A DNA stretch of 64,000 bases. Origin: Callorhinchus milii. Taxonomy: Eukaryota. The notes beneath the pieces are model-generated. The model was not told the origin of the DNA and made no database searches. It was given only the letters and a program-made list of their open reading frames with translations. This document shows, piece by piece, positions 1 to 11,479 of this stretch; position 1 is the first letter of the stretch; each line of letters opens with the position of its first letter. A program made the translations under genes and the position numbers. The DNA is taken from assembly GCF_018977255.1 (NCBI RefSeq), contig NW_024704755.1, positions 15,500,001 through 15,564,000 on the forward strand, in the 5' to 3' direction.

Positions 1-417
1 AATATAAACCGAAAAATCATCATAACGTCGGACATTCCACCATAACCTGGAAAACAAATATCGGACTGTAAAACATTTACATGAAATCTACTCAATAATT
101 AGCTGTATTGGGAAACTGCACATGTTCTTAGTTAATTGCTATTGGAAGCTGCAATGAGGTGGACGGATATTATAAACTGTGAATTCAATTGATCGAAAAT
201 ATCAAATGCAAGGATTATTATTATTATTGTAACAGCGAATTGTGGTGGAAATCACCGCAGTGGCAGTTTCTCAGATATATATTCTGTTGTAGCAGTTCCC
301 CTGAGACTGTTTTCTCAGACTCAAATGTACCAGATATAATGTGTGTCCCGACCCGAGCCATCGAGAGGGGACACCGTCGTAACCAAAACTCATTGCATTG
401 GAAATCTACTGTCATAT

Positions 418-545
418 CCCAGTGTTAACTTCACTGCCGTCTTTATTCCAACTGAGCGTTACATCTCTCACGTAAAACACAGCCGTTTGGATGAATCTTT
501 TTCCGATTCTCTGGGGAATATCTTCAGTGGTGTTGTGGGGCAATG
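418..545 (-). pseudogene. Vestigial second C1 exon (5' half) downstream of the gene Z C1
   Basis: Reads [34 protein letters not shown]. Acceptor AG is mutated to AT and an approximately 23-nt deletion removes the first Cys. Confidence 0.75.
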
Positions 546-1237
546 TGGGGTTGAAAACGGAGCAGAATCACATTACCAGTGATCAGTGGGAAGATTAAAC
601 TTTATTCCCAGGATTTGAATTGGATATGATTTGTTTCCTTGCAACATATTAACTGGGAAGATCATGTCGCAAGTTGTTGTGACATTACAGGGAATTAGGT
701 AAGAAATATGAGCTTTTACAGGAAGACAAAATACATTCCATTCCAGACAGAGACATTGGAAATGGAGGCCATCATAGTCAATCATATTATCATTTGATAT
801 ATCATCGTGCAGAAACGCCTCGAAAATACATCAAAAATGTAGGTTATTTAAAGTGCAGTAAATGTTGATATATAGGCAAAGGCTACAGCTGATCTGCACC
901 ACACAATGCTACTGAGAGGAGGTTACCAAATGACCAGAATGTAACACCCAATTCAAAGTGAAGTATTTATCACAGAATAAGTACAAAATAGAACATAAAG
1001 CACATTTGATGTCCTCAGTTCTGACTGAGAAGAGTCGAAGGATTTGAAACTTATTAAAATAATTTAGCAGAGTAAGAGACGAAATAGTAAATTGAAATAA
1101 TGACATGTAAAGTTGAACACTATGCAGTATTCCGCAAGTGAACTATATGATTATAATTTTCTGTTTCAATTAATGGAAAAATATTTTGAATAACAATTTA
1201 GTTGACACCGATTGTCTTGAGGTTATTGGCAAATTAC

Positions 1238-1549
1238 CTTTGTTGGATTCAGAAAAAGTGTAGACCGCAATGGCTGGAATCCAGAGGGTGACATGAGATA
1301 CCAGACAGGTATAAACAGCCCCATTCTGTGCAGGCTGTGTCTCTTCCATAGAGCTCGAAGCTTTGTAAAGTTCCTTTGAATTCTTTTCTTCAGTGAAATG
1401 TATCCCAGTTTTAAATTCTTTGCCATCTTTATTCCAGGTGAACGTTACATCTCCCGGGTAGAACTCAGCCGTTTCACACACAAGAGTCAGAGACTTTGAT
1501 GGATCTCTTTCAGAATCTCTGGGGAATATCTTCAGTGGGGTTGGGGGGA
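1238..1549 (-). CDS. Gene Z C1-set exon
   Basis: ctgccctacag acceptor, G|gtaatt donor; C1 motifs; ORF 1170..1481. Confidence 0.9.
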
Positions 1550-4500
1550 CTGTAGGGCAGACAGTGGGGCAGAATCATGTTACTTGTGATCAGTTGGAAT
1601 ATAACATTTGATTCACATTTAAGTTGTATAATAACTGTTTCCCAGGAAATTATAACAAGGAATCTGGATTGTAATGGCAAGAAAGTGCAGTTTTACAAAT
1701 GTGTTTGTGTCTTTTGTTTTGAATGATGTGTTCAGTTTAGGTGATATAATAGCCTTGGAGGTGCTAAAGAAGTGAAGGAATTCATAATCTTAATATTGTG
1801 GCTCTCAGAAATGATGCGGAACCCTTCTCATCACATGGAATATTGTGAAGTTGCGGAATCCAGTCCCACAAGTGGCCTGAGATTCAGAATCAAGTTTCAC
1901 CATCAATAGAGATATAAGCAAAACCTCCCCATTCACACCAACATTAATTTTGTTCTGCTATATTTCTTTAAATTTTATAAGTTTCCAATTTACAAAAGTT
2001 ACAATAGGAACATTGAAGCCGTTTCACGCTGTTTGTGTGACATTGCTGTGTGTAAAATTTTCAAGTTGTCTAAAATGTTAACTTCTGCCTTTCGTATTAA
2101 TAATAATATAATAATAATCCTTGCACTTGATGTACCACTTGATGCTGTTAAGATGTCTGAAATCGCTCCACATAACATATTGTGATGTGGATTCATTATG
2201 TATTTTTCGTCGAAATTCAGAAAAAAATGTGCAAATCAGTCAATTGCAACTGCCTGGACCAGAGGTGCAAGAGATTCTGGTGAATAATAATCCTAATAAT
2301 AATTCTTATATTCGAGGGAGCTTTTCATGCTAAGAGGACCGTCTCAAAGCATTTCACGTGATTCACTATAAAGTGTGGCGATTTCGCATTTTTGTAGAGG
2401 AACACAGCAGCCAGTTTTCCACACAGCAATAATAACAATAATAATAATAATAATCCTTGCATTTGATATAGCGCTTTTCAAATCGGGAGGACGTCACAGA
2501 ACACACTGTAAAGTGAATTGACTGTATATTTGTGGGCGAACGCGGCAGCCAATTGCGGACAGCAATGTCCCACAAACAGTCGTAGATTGAAAATGACCAA
2601 TTTATTATTGTTATTGGTTTTTGGAGGGATTATTATTAGGCTCTGTGTGGAGTAAGGAAACTTGCCCAAGGTTTCTCCCTCTGCCTGGAATTGAACTCAG
2701 GTCTCTCACTTGCAAAGCGATTGCTCTAACCATTGAGCTTCAGGACTCCACAATGTATCACAAATAGTCATGAAGTGAATAACCAAACTTAATTGTGGGA
2801 TTCATAGGCCAGAAAACAGCGAGCAAGATTCTCCCTTTTCTTTTCGATTAGTACCAGGGGATCTTTAATATTTGTAGGATTCTATGATTAATGTGTTACA
2901 AAATATCTCAAATGATATTTGCGATGTTTACGTATGTGAAACATATGGTCAGTCCAATATGATGAGATCTGGTTTGAATCGCTTCGAAGAAGTTCCTTTC
3001 TCAATGAGGAGAAACAAAAGACTGTTTATAAACAACAAACTGTTTTCATTCCTTATCAATCATTTTCTCATGGAAAAATTGTCTGCTGCTGGAGAGAGCT
3101 CTGTTGCATTTGATTTTACAAAGGAACCATCTTGCAAACGACAATAGGTGAAAAATCACCGAATGAACAGTATAAACGGAGATTGATTCGAAAGAGAAGG
3201 AAGAAAATTGAAACTTGTATTCGTGAATGACATTCCAGCTTCTAAAGAAGGAAGATCAAGATTAAGAGTTGAACAACTCTAAACCTACAGAAATACCTGG
3301 ATACTTTTGGGTGATATCGAACTGCAAACTGTACAGCAATACTTGGATACTTTTTGATGCACAAATACTTGGATTAAAATGGACATTAAATTGGGCATTG
3401 CTCCTCTATCTCCCGCAGCATTTGGTTTGGCCAACTTAAATCGTTGTGATCTGCAATGTACGTGGATACATAAGCAAAATTGGATGTATTCTCTTAATTA
3501 GTTATAACCATTACTAATCTGAATTAATAAACATTGATTAATTGTACAACAACAAGATTACATTTGTATAATTTCTACAACATGTGTGTCAGCCCTTTGT
3601 TCAACGCAGAGTAACGAAATTAAAGTAACTCTTACATATCCACCTAAACAAGCAGAAGGGACTTCGGTTTAATGTCTCAACTAAATAGCGGATAGCCACA
3701 GATCAATCCACATGCACTGTATTGAATTGTCAGCGACGTGGGACAACCTCTATCAATTTGTTCAGGAAAGAATAAAATATCAGATAGCGTAAAGTTCGAG
3801 TTACGGCGGTTAAGGCGGTTTGCATAAATGTTTGAAAGCATTGCTTAGCACAATTATTCTGCAATTCAACTTCCCAATTTGTTGTGTTTGATAAATTCGC
3901 CAGCTCAGTAATTTACAACAACAAAGGAGCCAAACTTTGGTTGAATAATATTCTATTGTTCAATGTTTTTCATATTGAAATCAAACCTGTCCTCTGTGCT
4001 GTTCAATCATAAAGTTGTATGAGAGTAGAGAATTAAACAAATAATTTATCCATATCGATTTCACAATGTGGCAATACTCACCTTTCAGCATTCTTCATTA
4101 CTATGGTATTCACACTTACCATGTACAGTTAAACGTGATCCAGTTCCTTTTCCTGCTATTTTCCCCTGACGCATCACTGCACAAAGGTAGACTCCCGAGT
4201 CTTGAAAATTCACGTTTAGGAGGTGGAATGATTTGGACTCAAATGTTTTCCTGTTGTCAGGTTTTGTATTCAGGAATCCACTCTCTCCTTGTTTCCACCA
4301 GTAAAGTTCTGTGTTTGAATTGTGTTGATTTTCGGCAGTCTCACAGGAGAAGGTACCATTTTCACCTTGGATTACTGTGAGTTCTGGAGGATATTGGATC
4401 ACTTTCACTGCTGCATCACCAGCAACTGTCAGGAAATGAATTAACCAATAATTACTGATTATAGAGAGGAATAAAAGCGACAAAACAAACGAAGAGAGGG

Positions 4501-4679
4501 AGAGAAAGGTGGGAGATAGTTAGAGGAAAAGAAAGACAAACGTATTAACAATACACATTTTGAAACTCTTCACCTCTATTGATTTGTATTTAGACTGAGC
4601 TTTACTACAATTGCATACCTGTGGCAATAATCCCCATTAGAGAAAGATAGGGAATAGCATCACTCGCCATCATTGTCAT
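1238..4679 (-). CDS. Gene Z (partial, 3' end lies beyond the window): VJ-C1 IgSF receptor, SIRP-like/NKp30-like
   Basis: Leader 4679-4619 (MTMMASDAIPYLSLMGIIAT), V exon 4425-4120 (306 nt, [26 protein letters not shown]), C1 exon 1549-1238 (312 nt, C..FYP.DVT.TW.KDG..YTCLVSH). All GT-AG, phase 1, open frame. Confidence 0.85.
2430..2752 (-). mobile_element. tRNA(Ala)-derived SINE with L2-type tail
   Basis: tRNA-like head, ..gcgctatatcaaatgcaagga(tta)n tail, apparent caat target-site duplication; the site is empty in the paralogous introns. Confidence 0.8.
4120..4425 (-). CDS. Gene Z V(J) exon
   Basis: ttcctgacag acceptor, G|gtaagt donor; V-set cysteines, C-strand Trp, GTGSRLTV J-like motif; lies within ORF 4085..4483. 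Confidence 0.9.
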
Positions 4680-4766
4680 CAGTTGTTGAGACTCACCCCG
4701 AACCAGTCGTTGGTGTAACAAACATTTGCTGACTGTTTACCATGAAATATCTCGCAGTGTCGTTTG

Positions 4767-4793
4767 ACTTCCTGTGTCTGTGGATGCGATTGG
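4767..4793 (-). promoter_or_regulatory. Proximal promoter module of gene Z (ETS site + CCAAT box)
   Basis: ACAGGAAGT at 4775-4767 and CCAAT at 4793-4789, about 90-115 nt upstream of the ATG; repeated upstream of each intact leader. Confidence 0.5.
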
Positions 4794-5689
4794 CAAAGAA
4801 AGTGGAATCACTGCTCAGATCGGCAGGAAAAGGGAGGGTTAAATATTGTCATTTTATTTTCTGCGCATTGCATTATTTCTTACTTTTCATAGTAAACATT
4901 CAAGTTTATAATATGTAACTGAGAAAATAAAGCTGAAACACAGAGCTGAGGAAAAAAAATTCTCTTCAGTTTAATAATATTGTTAATCTTTGGGTTTTAT
5001 TTATTGCTTTACCACGTTGTATATACTGTAAAGTGAATTGACTGTACATACTTTGGGCGAAAAGTGAATAAAGCAAATGTTAATTTGTTGCAGCATAAGA
5101 CTGATGTTAGAAAAAACGTGTAACATCAGTTTTAGTCTCCACCACAAGAATCTGCTGAATCTTGTGAGAGGACACAGAGTACACCGAGTGATCCCTCAGC
5201 CAAACGAAAAAATTGGATTTAACTTTATGAGCAAATGTATAACATTTCTTCTGAAACCTGAGCATTTAAACACTGAATGCATTACCATGTTGAACGTCTT
5301 TCCACATATTATTTAATTCAATTCAAAATAACGGATGCAAATCTGATGATTTCTATAACCAAACATTATGTATCAGGTTAAGGCAATATTTAATAAACGT
5401 TCATCGATAGATATGACAGAAATATATAATTTCAGCTTTTACAAAGTCACTTTTCTCTTCCCTACAACTGCTACAATTACGTGAAAAGCTTATCAAAAAA
5501 CACAATCAGATAGGTAGCTCACTATAGGAGCGGTCCAGGTAAATTAAAGAAATAACTGAACGTTAAAAATAATAACGATTCAACTAATAATAATTTAGTA
5601 ACCCTTGGATAAATAAGGATAACCATTTACACACGATTGTTTGTGTGAAAGCGCTTCACGTGATTTACTGTTTTTTTTGGTGAAGTTGA

Positions 5690-6060
5690 CATCTTATTTG
5701 CAACCAGCAATGTACCGTAAACAGCTATGAAGTGAATGACCAATTTTCTTTGGGGAATTGTTGGTCAAGACACCCAGAGAACCGCTTTCACTTTAAGAGC
5801 AATGCTATCTGAAATTTATATCTGAACAGGCAGCGCGGAACTCGCTTCAAATTCTCATCTAAAGAATAAGAATAACTTGGATATATATAGCCCCCGTCAC
5901 ATGGGAAGCAGCTCCGAGGGTCTGAAACTATAGCTACGACAATATAGAACTCAGACATTACAGCATTGGAGCATCAGCCGAGAATTTTAGCTCAACGTCT
6001 CGACTTTCGACTTAAACTGACAAACTTCTGATTGAGAGGGAACATCAGAACTGTATTGAG
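5690..6060 (-). mobile_element. Old Deu-domain-like SINE upstream of the promoter
   Basis: Resembles, from memory, the SacSINE1/AmnSINE1 core (cagcaatgtccc..gaatgaccaa..cctgaacaggcag..) with a tRNA-like end. Homologues at about 8940-9310, 22090-22299, 24040-24420, 32490-32790, 44655-45015, 48075-48430 and 62625-63000. Confidence 0.6.
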
Positions 6061-6164
6061 TGAAGGGAAAGATAGAGCGGAAATAAAGATGATGTTTGTC
6101 CCTGTGATGGATTGTAACAAGCGAAGGTGGATAATATGATATAGAGTAGGTTGCTGTGACACTG

Positions 6165-6206
6165 ACTTCCTGTTTGATTGGGGTTGTGCAATGTAGCAGG
6201 TGTGGT
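6165..6206. promoter_or_regulatory. Candidate distal ETS/E-box/RUNX module
   Basis: ACTTCCTGT 6165-6173, CAGGTG 6197-6202, TGTGGT 6201-6206. Homologues near 24925, 33650, 45120 and 63108. Confidence 0.35.
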
Positions 6207-6424
6207 GGGTGCAATGTGAATCCATACCTCTGCAAAACAATGTGAAAATAAGAACGCATCCTATTAATAGCGGAGAAAAAGCTGAACACTTATCTAAATA
6301 TAAAAAAAGATTCAGTGTCAGTATTGAGCTTGCGGTGTTTTCTGCAACGGAAAAGGTTGTTTTGAGCATCAAGGCATGGAATTAGCAGTTTCAGAAACAT
6401 ACCAATTTGGTGAAGTATCTTTTC

Positions 6425-6562
6425 TGAGAGAGAGAGAGAGAGAGAGACCGAGTGAAAGACAGAGACAGACTGACTCAGAGCAAGAAACAGAGAGATAGAG
6501 AGATTGAGAGAGAGAGACTGAGAGAGGGAGCCTCAGCGAGAGAGAGACTGAGAGAGACTGAT
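6425..6562. repeat. (GA)n/GAGACT-rich microsatellite
   Basis: Read directly. Paralogues at 45385-45525 and an expanded one at 63405-63672. Confidence 0.9.
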
Positions 6563-7583
6563 ATTCTGAGAGATCCAAAGAGCGGTAAGTCATAGTGTGA
6601 TCCCTTACCATTGTATTGGATTGTAATGGGACAATCTGAATAACTGCGTTCAGGATTGAATAACATATTAAATTGAGTTCTACTTTCGGCAGTGCGTGAG
6701 GTGTGTGGGTGGTGGGGGAGATATAAAGGTTTGAAAACATTGCTTAAAACAATTATTATGCAAATGAAAACAAAATTCATTCCAAAATTACATTTGTATA
6801 CACCTTTCACATTTAACAGGACGTCTCAATCATAGAATCATAGAATTACAAAGCACAGAAGGAGGAGATTCGGCCCATCGTATCTGTTCCAACTCTTTGA
6901 AAAAAGCTATCCAAATCAAGCCCACTCCCCCGCGCTCTCCCCATAGCCCTGCAGACTTGTCCTCATCAAATAATTATCTACTTTTCTCTTAAAATTTATT
7001 ATTGAATCGGCTTCCACCACCCTTTCAGGTAATGCATTCCAGATCTGAACAACTCGCTGCGTGATAATATTTCTGATCATATCCCCTGTTTCTTTTAACT
7101 ACTGCAACCAAAGCACTTGACAGTCAGGGATTTGGACCTGGGGGATGTGGAGGGTTGAGGGCAGGGAGGGTAGGAAGTGGCTGAAGTCTCGGTCGAAGAG
7201 GATGGTTGTGATTCGCGCCTTGAAGGAGGCAGCATCATTGACCTGAAACATTAACCCATTTTCCTCTTACCATCAATGCTGCCTGGTCTGCTGAGTGTTC
7301 CAGCAACTTCTCTTTTTGTTTCAGATTTCCAGCAACTCGAATTCCCACTTTGCTGTGTTGTATAAACCCACCGGCTCACATCAGTACAGTAACAAAGAGG
7401 CCAAACTTCAGTTGAAGAATATTCTATTGATAAATGTGTTTCATGTTCAATTAAAATCTGTTGCTGTGTGTTGTATATACAGTCGAGCGGAGAGAAATAA
7501 ACAAATAATTTACGTATTTCAAGTCCAAAATGCCCCAATAGGCTCCTTTCAATATTCTCGGTTGCTATTGTATTCCCACTTAC

Positions 7584-8236
7584 CATGTAGAATTAAACAT
7601 AATCCAGTTCCATTTTGTGATGTTTTCCCTGATGGGCCACTGCACAGAAATAGACTTCTGAGTCGTGGACATTCACATTTATGAACTGGAACGTTTTCGA
7701 ATCAAATATTTTCCTGTTGTCAGGTTTTGTGTGTAAGAATTTACTCTCTCCTTGTTTCCACCAGTAACGTGTTATCTCTGAACCTCGTTTATTATCAGTA
7801 ACCTTGTAGGTGAATTTAAGGTTTTCATCTTGTAATGCTATCCTTTCTTCAGGATACTGAATCACTTTAATTGTTGCATCACCAGCAAATAAATTAACCT
7901 ATAATTAGTGCTCATAATTCATTACGCCCACAAATATATATGTAGTCACATCATTTTACAGTATGTTCTGTGGAGCAACTTGAGACTTCCTGAAGAAGTG
8001 AAAAGTGCAACATCAAATGCAAGTATTATTATTATTATACAGAGGAAGAAAAAGGAAGAAATAAATAACCAAGCGAGAGAAAGATGGAAGAAAGCGAGAC
8101 CGATCTATTCACTTCACACATTTTGAAACTCTTCTTCTATATTGTATTGTAGTTAAACTATGCTGTTGTAAAATTACATAGCTTTGGCAATAATTCTCTT
8201 TAGAGAAAGATAGGGGACAACATCACTTACTGTTAT
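7584..8236 (-). pseudogene. Orphan leader + divergent V pseudo-module
   Basis: V-like frame [22 protein letters not shown] (ORF 7593..7865). First Cys is Tyr, frameshift before the J-like motif, acceptor deleted, leader ATGs and GT donor mutated, no C1 or TM downstream. Confidence 0.85.
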
Positions 8237-9694
8237 TGTGATCACTTGTTGAGAGTCTCCCTGAACCAGTTTCTGGGTATAACAAATGTTTCCTGATTGA
8301 TTAATATGAAATACCTTGCAATGTCTTATGACTTACTGTATCCGTGGTTCAGCAATGAGTTGGATGCGATTGGAAACAAAAGTGTTTTTCATTAGTAAGT
8401 GGAATCACTCTTCAGATCAGCAGGAAATATGGTTAAATATTAGAAATTGATTTTTATTTTCCGCGTATTGCATTATTTCTTAATTTTCATACAAATCATT
8501 CACTTTTATAATAAGTAACTAGATGATACTAAAGCTGAAATACAGAGCTAAGGAAACAACATTCTCTTCAGTTTAATAATAATAATCGTTGAATTTGATA
8601 GAGCGCCTTATCACGTCATCGAGACTTCTCAAATTTCTTTACAGAATATTTAGTCAACTTTACATTTTGTGAGCAAAAAGTGAATATAATAAAGATTAGT
8701 TTGTTGCAGCATAAAACCAATATTAAAAAAATGTTTACAACAATTTTAGGCTACACCACGAGAATCTGAAATGGAGAAATAACTGAAAGATGATAATAAT
8801 GATTCAACTACTAATTGAATAATTATAATAATAATTAATAATAACCCTTGAATATATAGTAATAGCACTTTACACAAGGCAGTTTGTGCGAAAACTCTTC
8901 ACATGATTTATTGTTTCTGTTGCAGGTGAAGTTGTCACCTTATTTGCAGACAGCGATGTCCCAGGAACAGCTATTAAGTGAATGATCAATTTTCTTTGGG
9001 GAATTGTTGGTCATGATACCCAGGGACTGTTTTCACTTCAGGAGAAATGATATGAGATCGTTAACTTACACCTGAACAGGCAGCACGGACCTCGTTTCAA
9101 CATTTTATCTGAAGGATAAGAACAACAAGTTGGAAATATGCAGCGCCCATCACGCAGGAGAGAGTATTCGAGCATCTGGAACTACAGCTTCGACAATACA
9201 GAATGAACCCTTTAAGGCATTGGAGCATCAGCCGAGAATTGTAGCTCAAAGTCTCGACCTTGGACCTGAACCTACAACTTTCTGATTCAGAGGGACATCA
9301 CCGGAACTGTGTTGAGAGAAGGGAAATATAGAGCGGACAATGACGTTTGTCCCTGTGATGACCGTGAAACCATATTTGAATCATTTTGGTTGTAGATTTG
9401 CCAGCATCGATCAGAAAATAATCTCAATCACTGATTTATGCCTCGGGACGTCCTCCCGATGTAAAAGGCTGTATATAAATTAAGTTTGTTTTTGATATCA
9501 TTGATTTCTTACATTATGTGCGATGGGGGGAAAACAAGGAAAGAAATTGTAACTGTATTGAAATGAATTTGAGCACACTTTCTGCTATCTGAGTTTATAT
9601 CACCTTTAGTAATCACATGTAATATAGAAATGTACAGAAAGGCTCTGACTCTGATGTAACACATGAATGTGGATTATCCCACGGTATTAAAGGA

Positions 9695-10412
9695 ACATGG
9701 CTGCAGAAGCTGTCTGGGAGACAGAAAACAGAGATTGGTGGTGAACAGTTGTTTTTCTGACTGGAGGAAATTGTGCAGTAGTGTCCCCCAGGGGTCAGTA
9801 TTGGGACAACTGTTGTTTCTGATCAATATAAATGACCGGGACCTGCGTATCGGGAGTACAATTTCCAAGTTTGCAGATGATACTAAGCAAGGAAAAGTAG
9901 TCAACAGTGTGGAGGATAGTAGCAGACTGCAAAAGGAGATAGACAGACTGGTAAAATGGGCAGTCATATGGCAGATGAAAATTAATGTGGAGAAATACGA
10001 AATGATGGATTTTGGGAGGAAGATGCGGAGAGGGAATATAAGTCAGATGGTATAATCTTAAAAGGGGTGAGGGATCAGAAATACATGGTCGTTCATATAA
10101 GTAAATCTTTAAAGGTGGCAGGACAGGCAGATTACCTGTGAAAAAAAACATATGGGCTACTAGACTTTATAAACACGGGCAGAGAATACAAAAGTTAGAA
10201 AGTTATGATGAACCTTCATAAAACACTGGTTTGGCCTCAGTTAGCGAACTGTGTTCAGTTCTGTGTACCAATCTTTAGGAAGGATGTCAAGGCTTTGGAG
10301 AAGGTGCAAAGGAGATTCACCAGTATGGTACCAGGAATGAGGGATTTCAGTTATCAGGAGAGAGTAGAGAAGATAGGATTATTCTCCTGAGAGCAGAAAA
10401 GGTTAAGAGGAG
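9695..10412 (+). mobile_element. CR1-clade LINE reverse transcriptase fragment
   Basis: VPQGSVLGQLLFLININD and KFADDTK motifs (ORF 9663..10055); degenerate. Duplicate at about 48845-49395. Confidence 0.85.
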
Positions 10413-10414
10413 AA

Positions 10415-10715
10415 ACTATTTCCACTGGCTTGCTCATCCTGAAACGTGCCTTTGACGGAGGCAAGGGAGGGAGCAAAGTGAAGGCAATGTGGGATGGAAT
10501 ACCAAGGTTTGGGGGTAGAGAGGGTGAAGGCCCAACAGCCGATGGTGGGGTGGGCTGTGCAGGGGATGTGCAGCAGGCCGGAGCCCGCTGAGCGGAGAGA
10601 GTGGGCAGGTTGATAAAGGATTAGCAGTTTACAGGGTTAGGAAGGGGCAAAGCCACGGAGGGCCTTGAAAGCGAGAGTGGGGATTTTGAACTTTACCCTC
10701 TGGAAGGTTTCCCAT
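10415..10715 (-). mobile_element. L2 LINE 3' fragment
   Basis: Similar to the C-terminal region of the L2 ORFs in this window (HIPC..HPTIG). Duplicate at about 49395-49700. Confidence 0.65.
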
Positions 10716-11070
10716 AACACCAATTTACTCAGTAAAAATTGACACAATGATTCAAAGAAAAGATCTTGATTCACACACAAGCAGCAACAGTCTGCATTTA
10801 TGATGATATTATATTATCACATTAGCTTTCAGTTTTATCCAGCATAACAATCGAAATGCATATAACCTGCGATAAAACCACACTCTGACTGGAGAAAGCC
10901 GTCCTTCCTTACGGACCTCACTTCTCCTAGTCTCAAATCTTTCCGCGTAACTCTCTATTTTGTGTATCTATTTCTATCATACATTATTTTTAGCAATGTA
11001 GTTGCATGCATACATCCTCTAATAGTTATGAGTTACTAATCTTCATCTCCCAGCGCTGTTTACTCTTTTC

Positions 11071-11293
11071 CCTCCCTTCCCTCCCCTCACCCTGACCATT
11101 TCCCCCCTCCTTGCTCCCTCCCTTCCCTCCCCTCACCCTGACCATTTCCCCCCTCCTCTCTCCCTCCCTTCCCTCCCCTCACCCTGACCATTTCCCCCCT
11201 GCTCGGGTCATGACCCAACTGTGCAGCGCCTTGGGACGTCCTCCTGACGTGAAAGGCGCTTTATAAATGGAATCTTGTTGTTGTTGTTGTTGT
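11071..11293 (+). mobile_element. Young 5'-truncated L2 element (3'UTR + (TTG)n tail)
   Basis: ..ggcgctttataaatggaatcttgttgttg end, possible ttttcc TSD, absent at the paralogous site near 50030. Confidence 0.8.
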
Positions 11294-11479
11294 TTTCCTG
11301 TCTCATGTATTTCAAGGAGGCTTTCTGTACTAGGTGCAACGAACTTGATCTACTCCATTGATTATGCCCCATCTTCGTAATATCGCCTCCTGATCATGTC
11401 CCATTCCTTTGCCCCAAGCTTGATTTGCACGTGAAACCCTTGGCACCTTTTGAAAAAAAATTCTATTGATGAGTTATTT

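Noticed and set aside
4120-4425. Rearranging Ig light chain or TCR locus
   Set aside because: The J-like motif is in the same exon as V and ends in a splice donor. The CACAGTG/CACTGTG heptamers I found (for example 27153 and 45554) lack a 12/23-spaced nonamer and are far from V ends. The tails carry ITIMs.
4426-4483. [19 protein letters not shown] as a signal peptide in the V-containing ORFs
   Set aside because: This is the pyrimidine-rich intron end read from a TTG start. A proper leader exon with ATG and a phase-1 donor lies about 190 nt upstream in each copy.
7225-7340. Penelope-type 3' end with a possible hammerhead ribozyme
   Set aside because: It resembles a common shark repeat end (gacctgaaac..gatgctgcctg..ctgctgag), but the CTGANGA core is absent here and I cannot support the assignment.
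11071-11200. CRISPR-like repeat array
   Set aside because: These are contiguous, about 44-nt tandem units with no unique spacers, inside a LINE 3'UTR in eukaryotic DNA.
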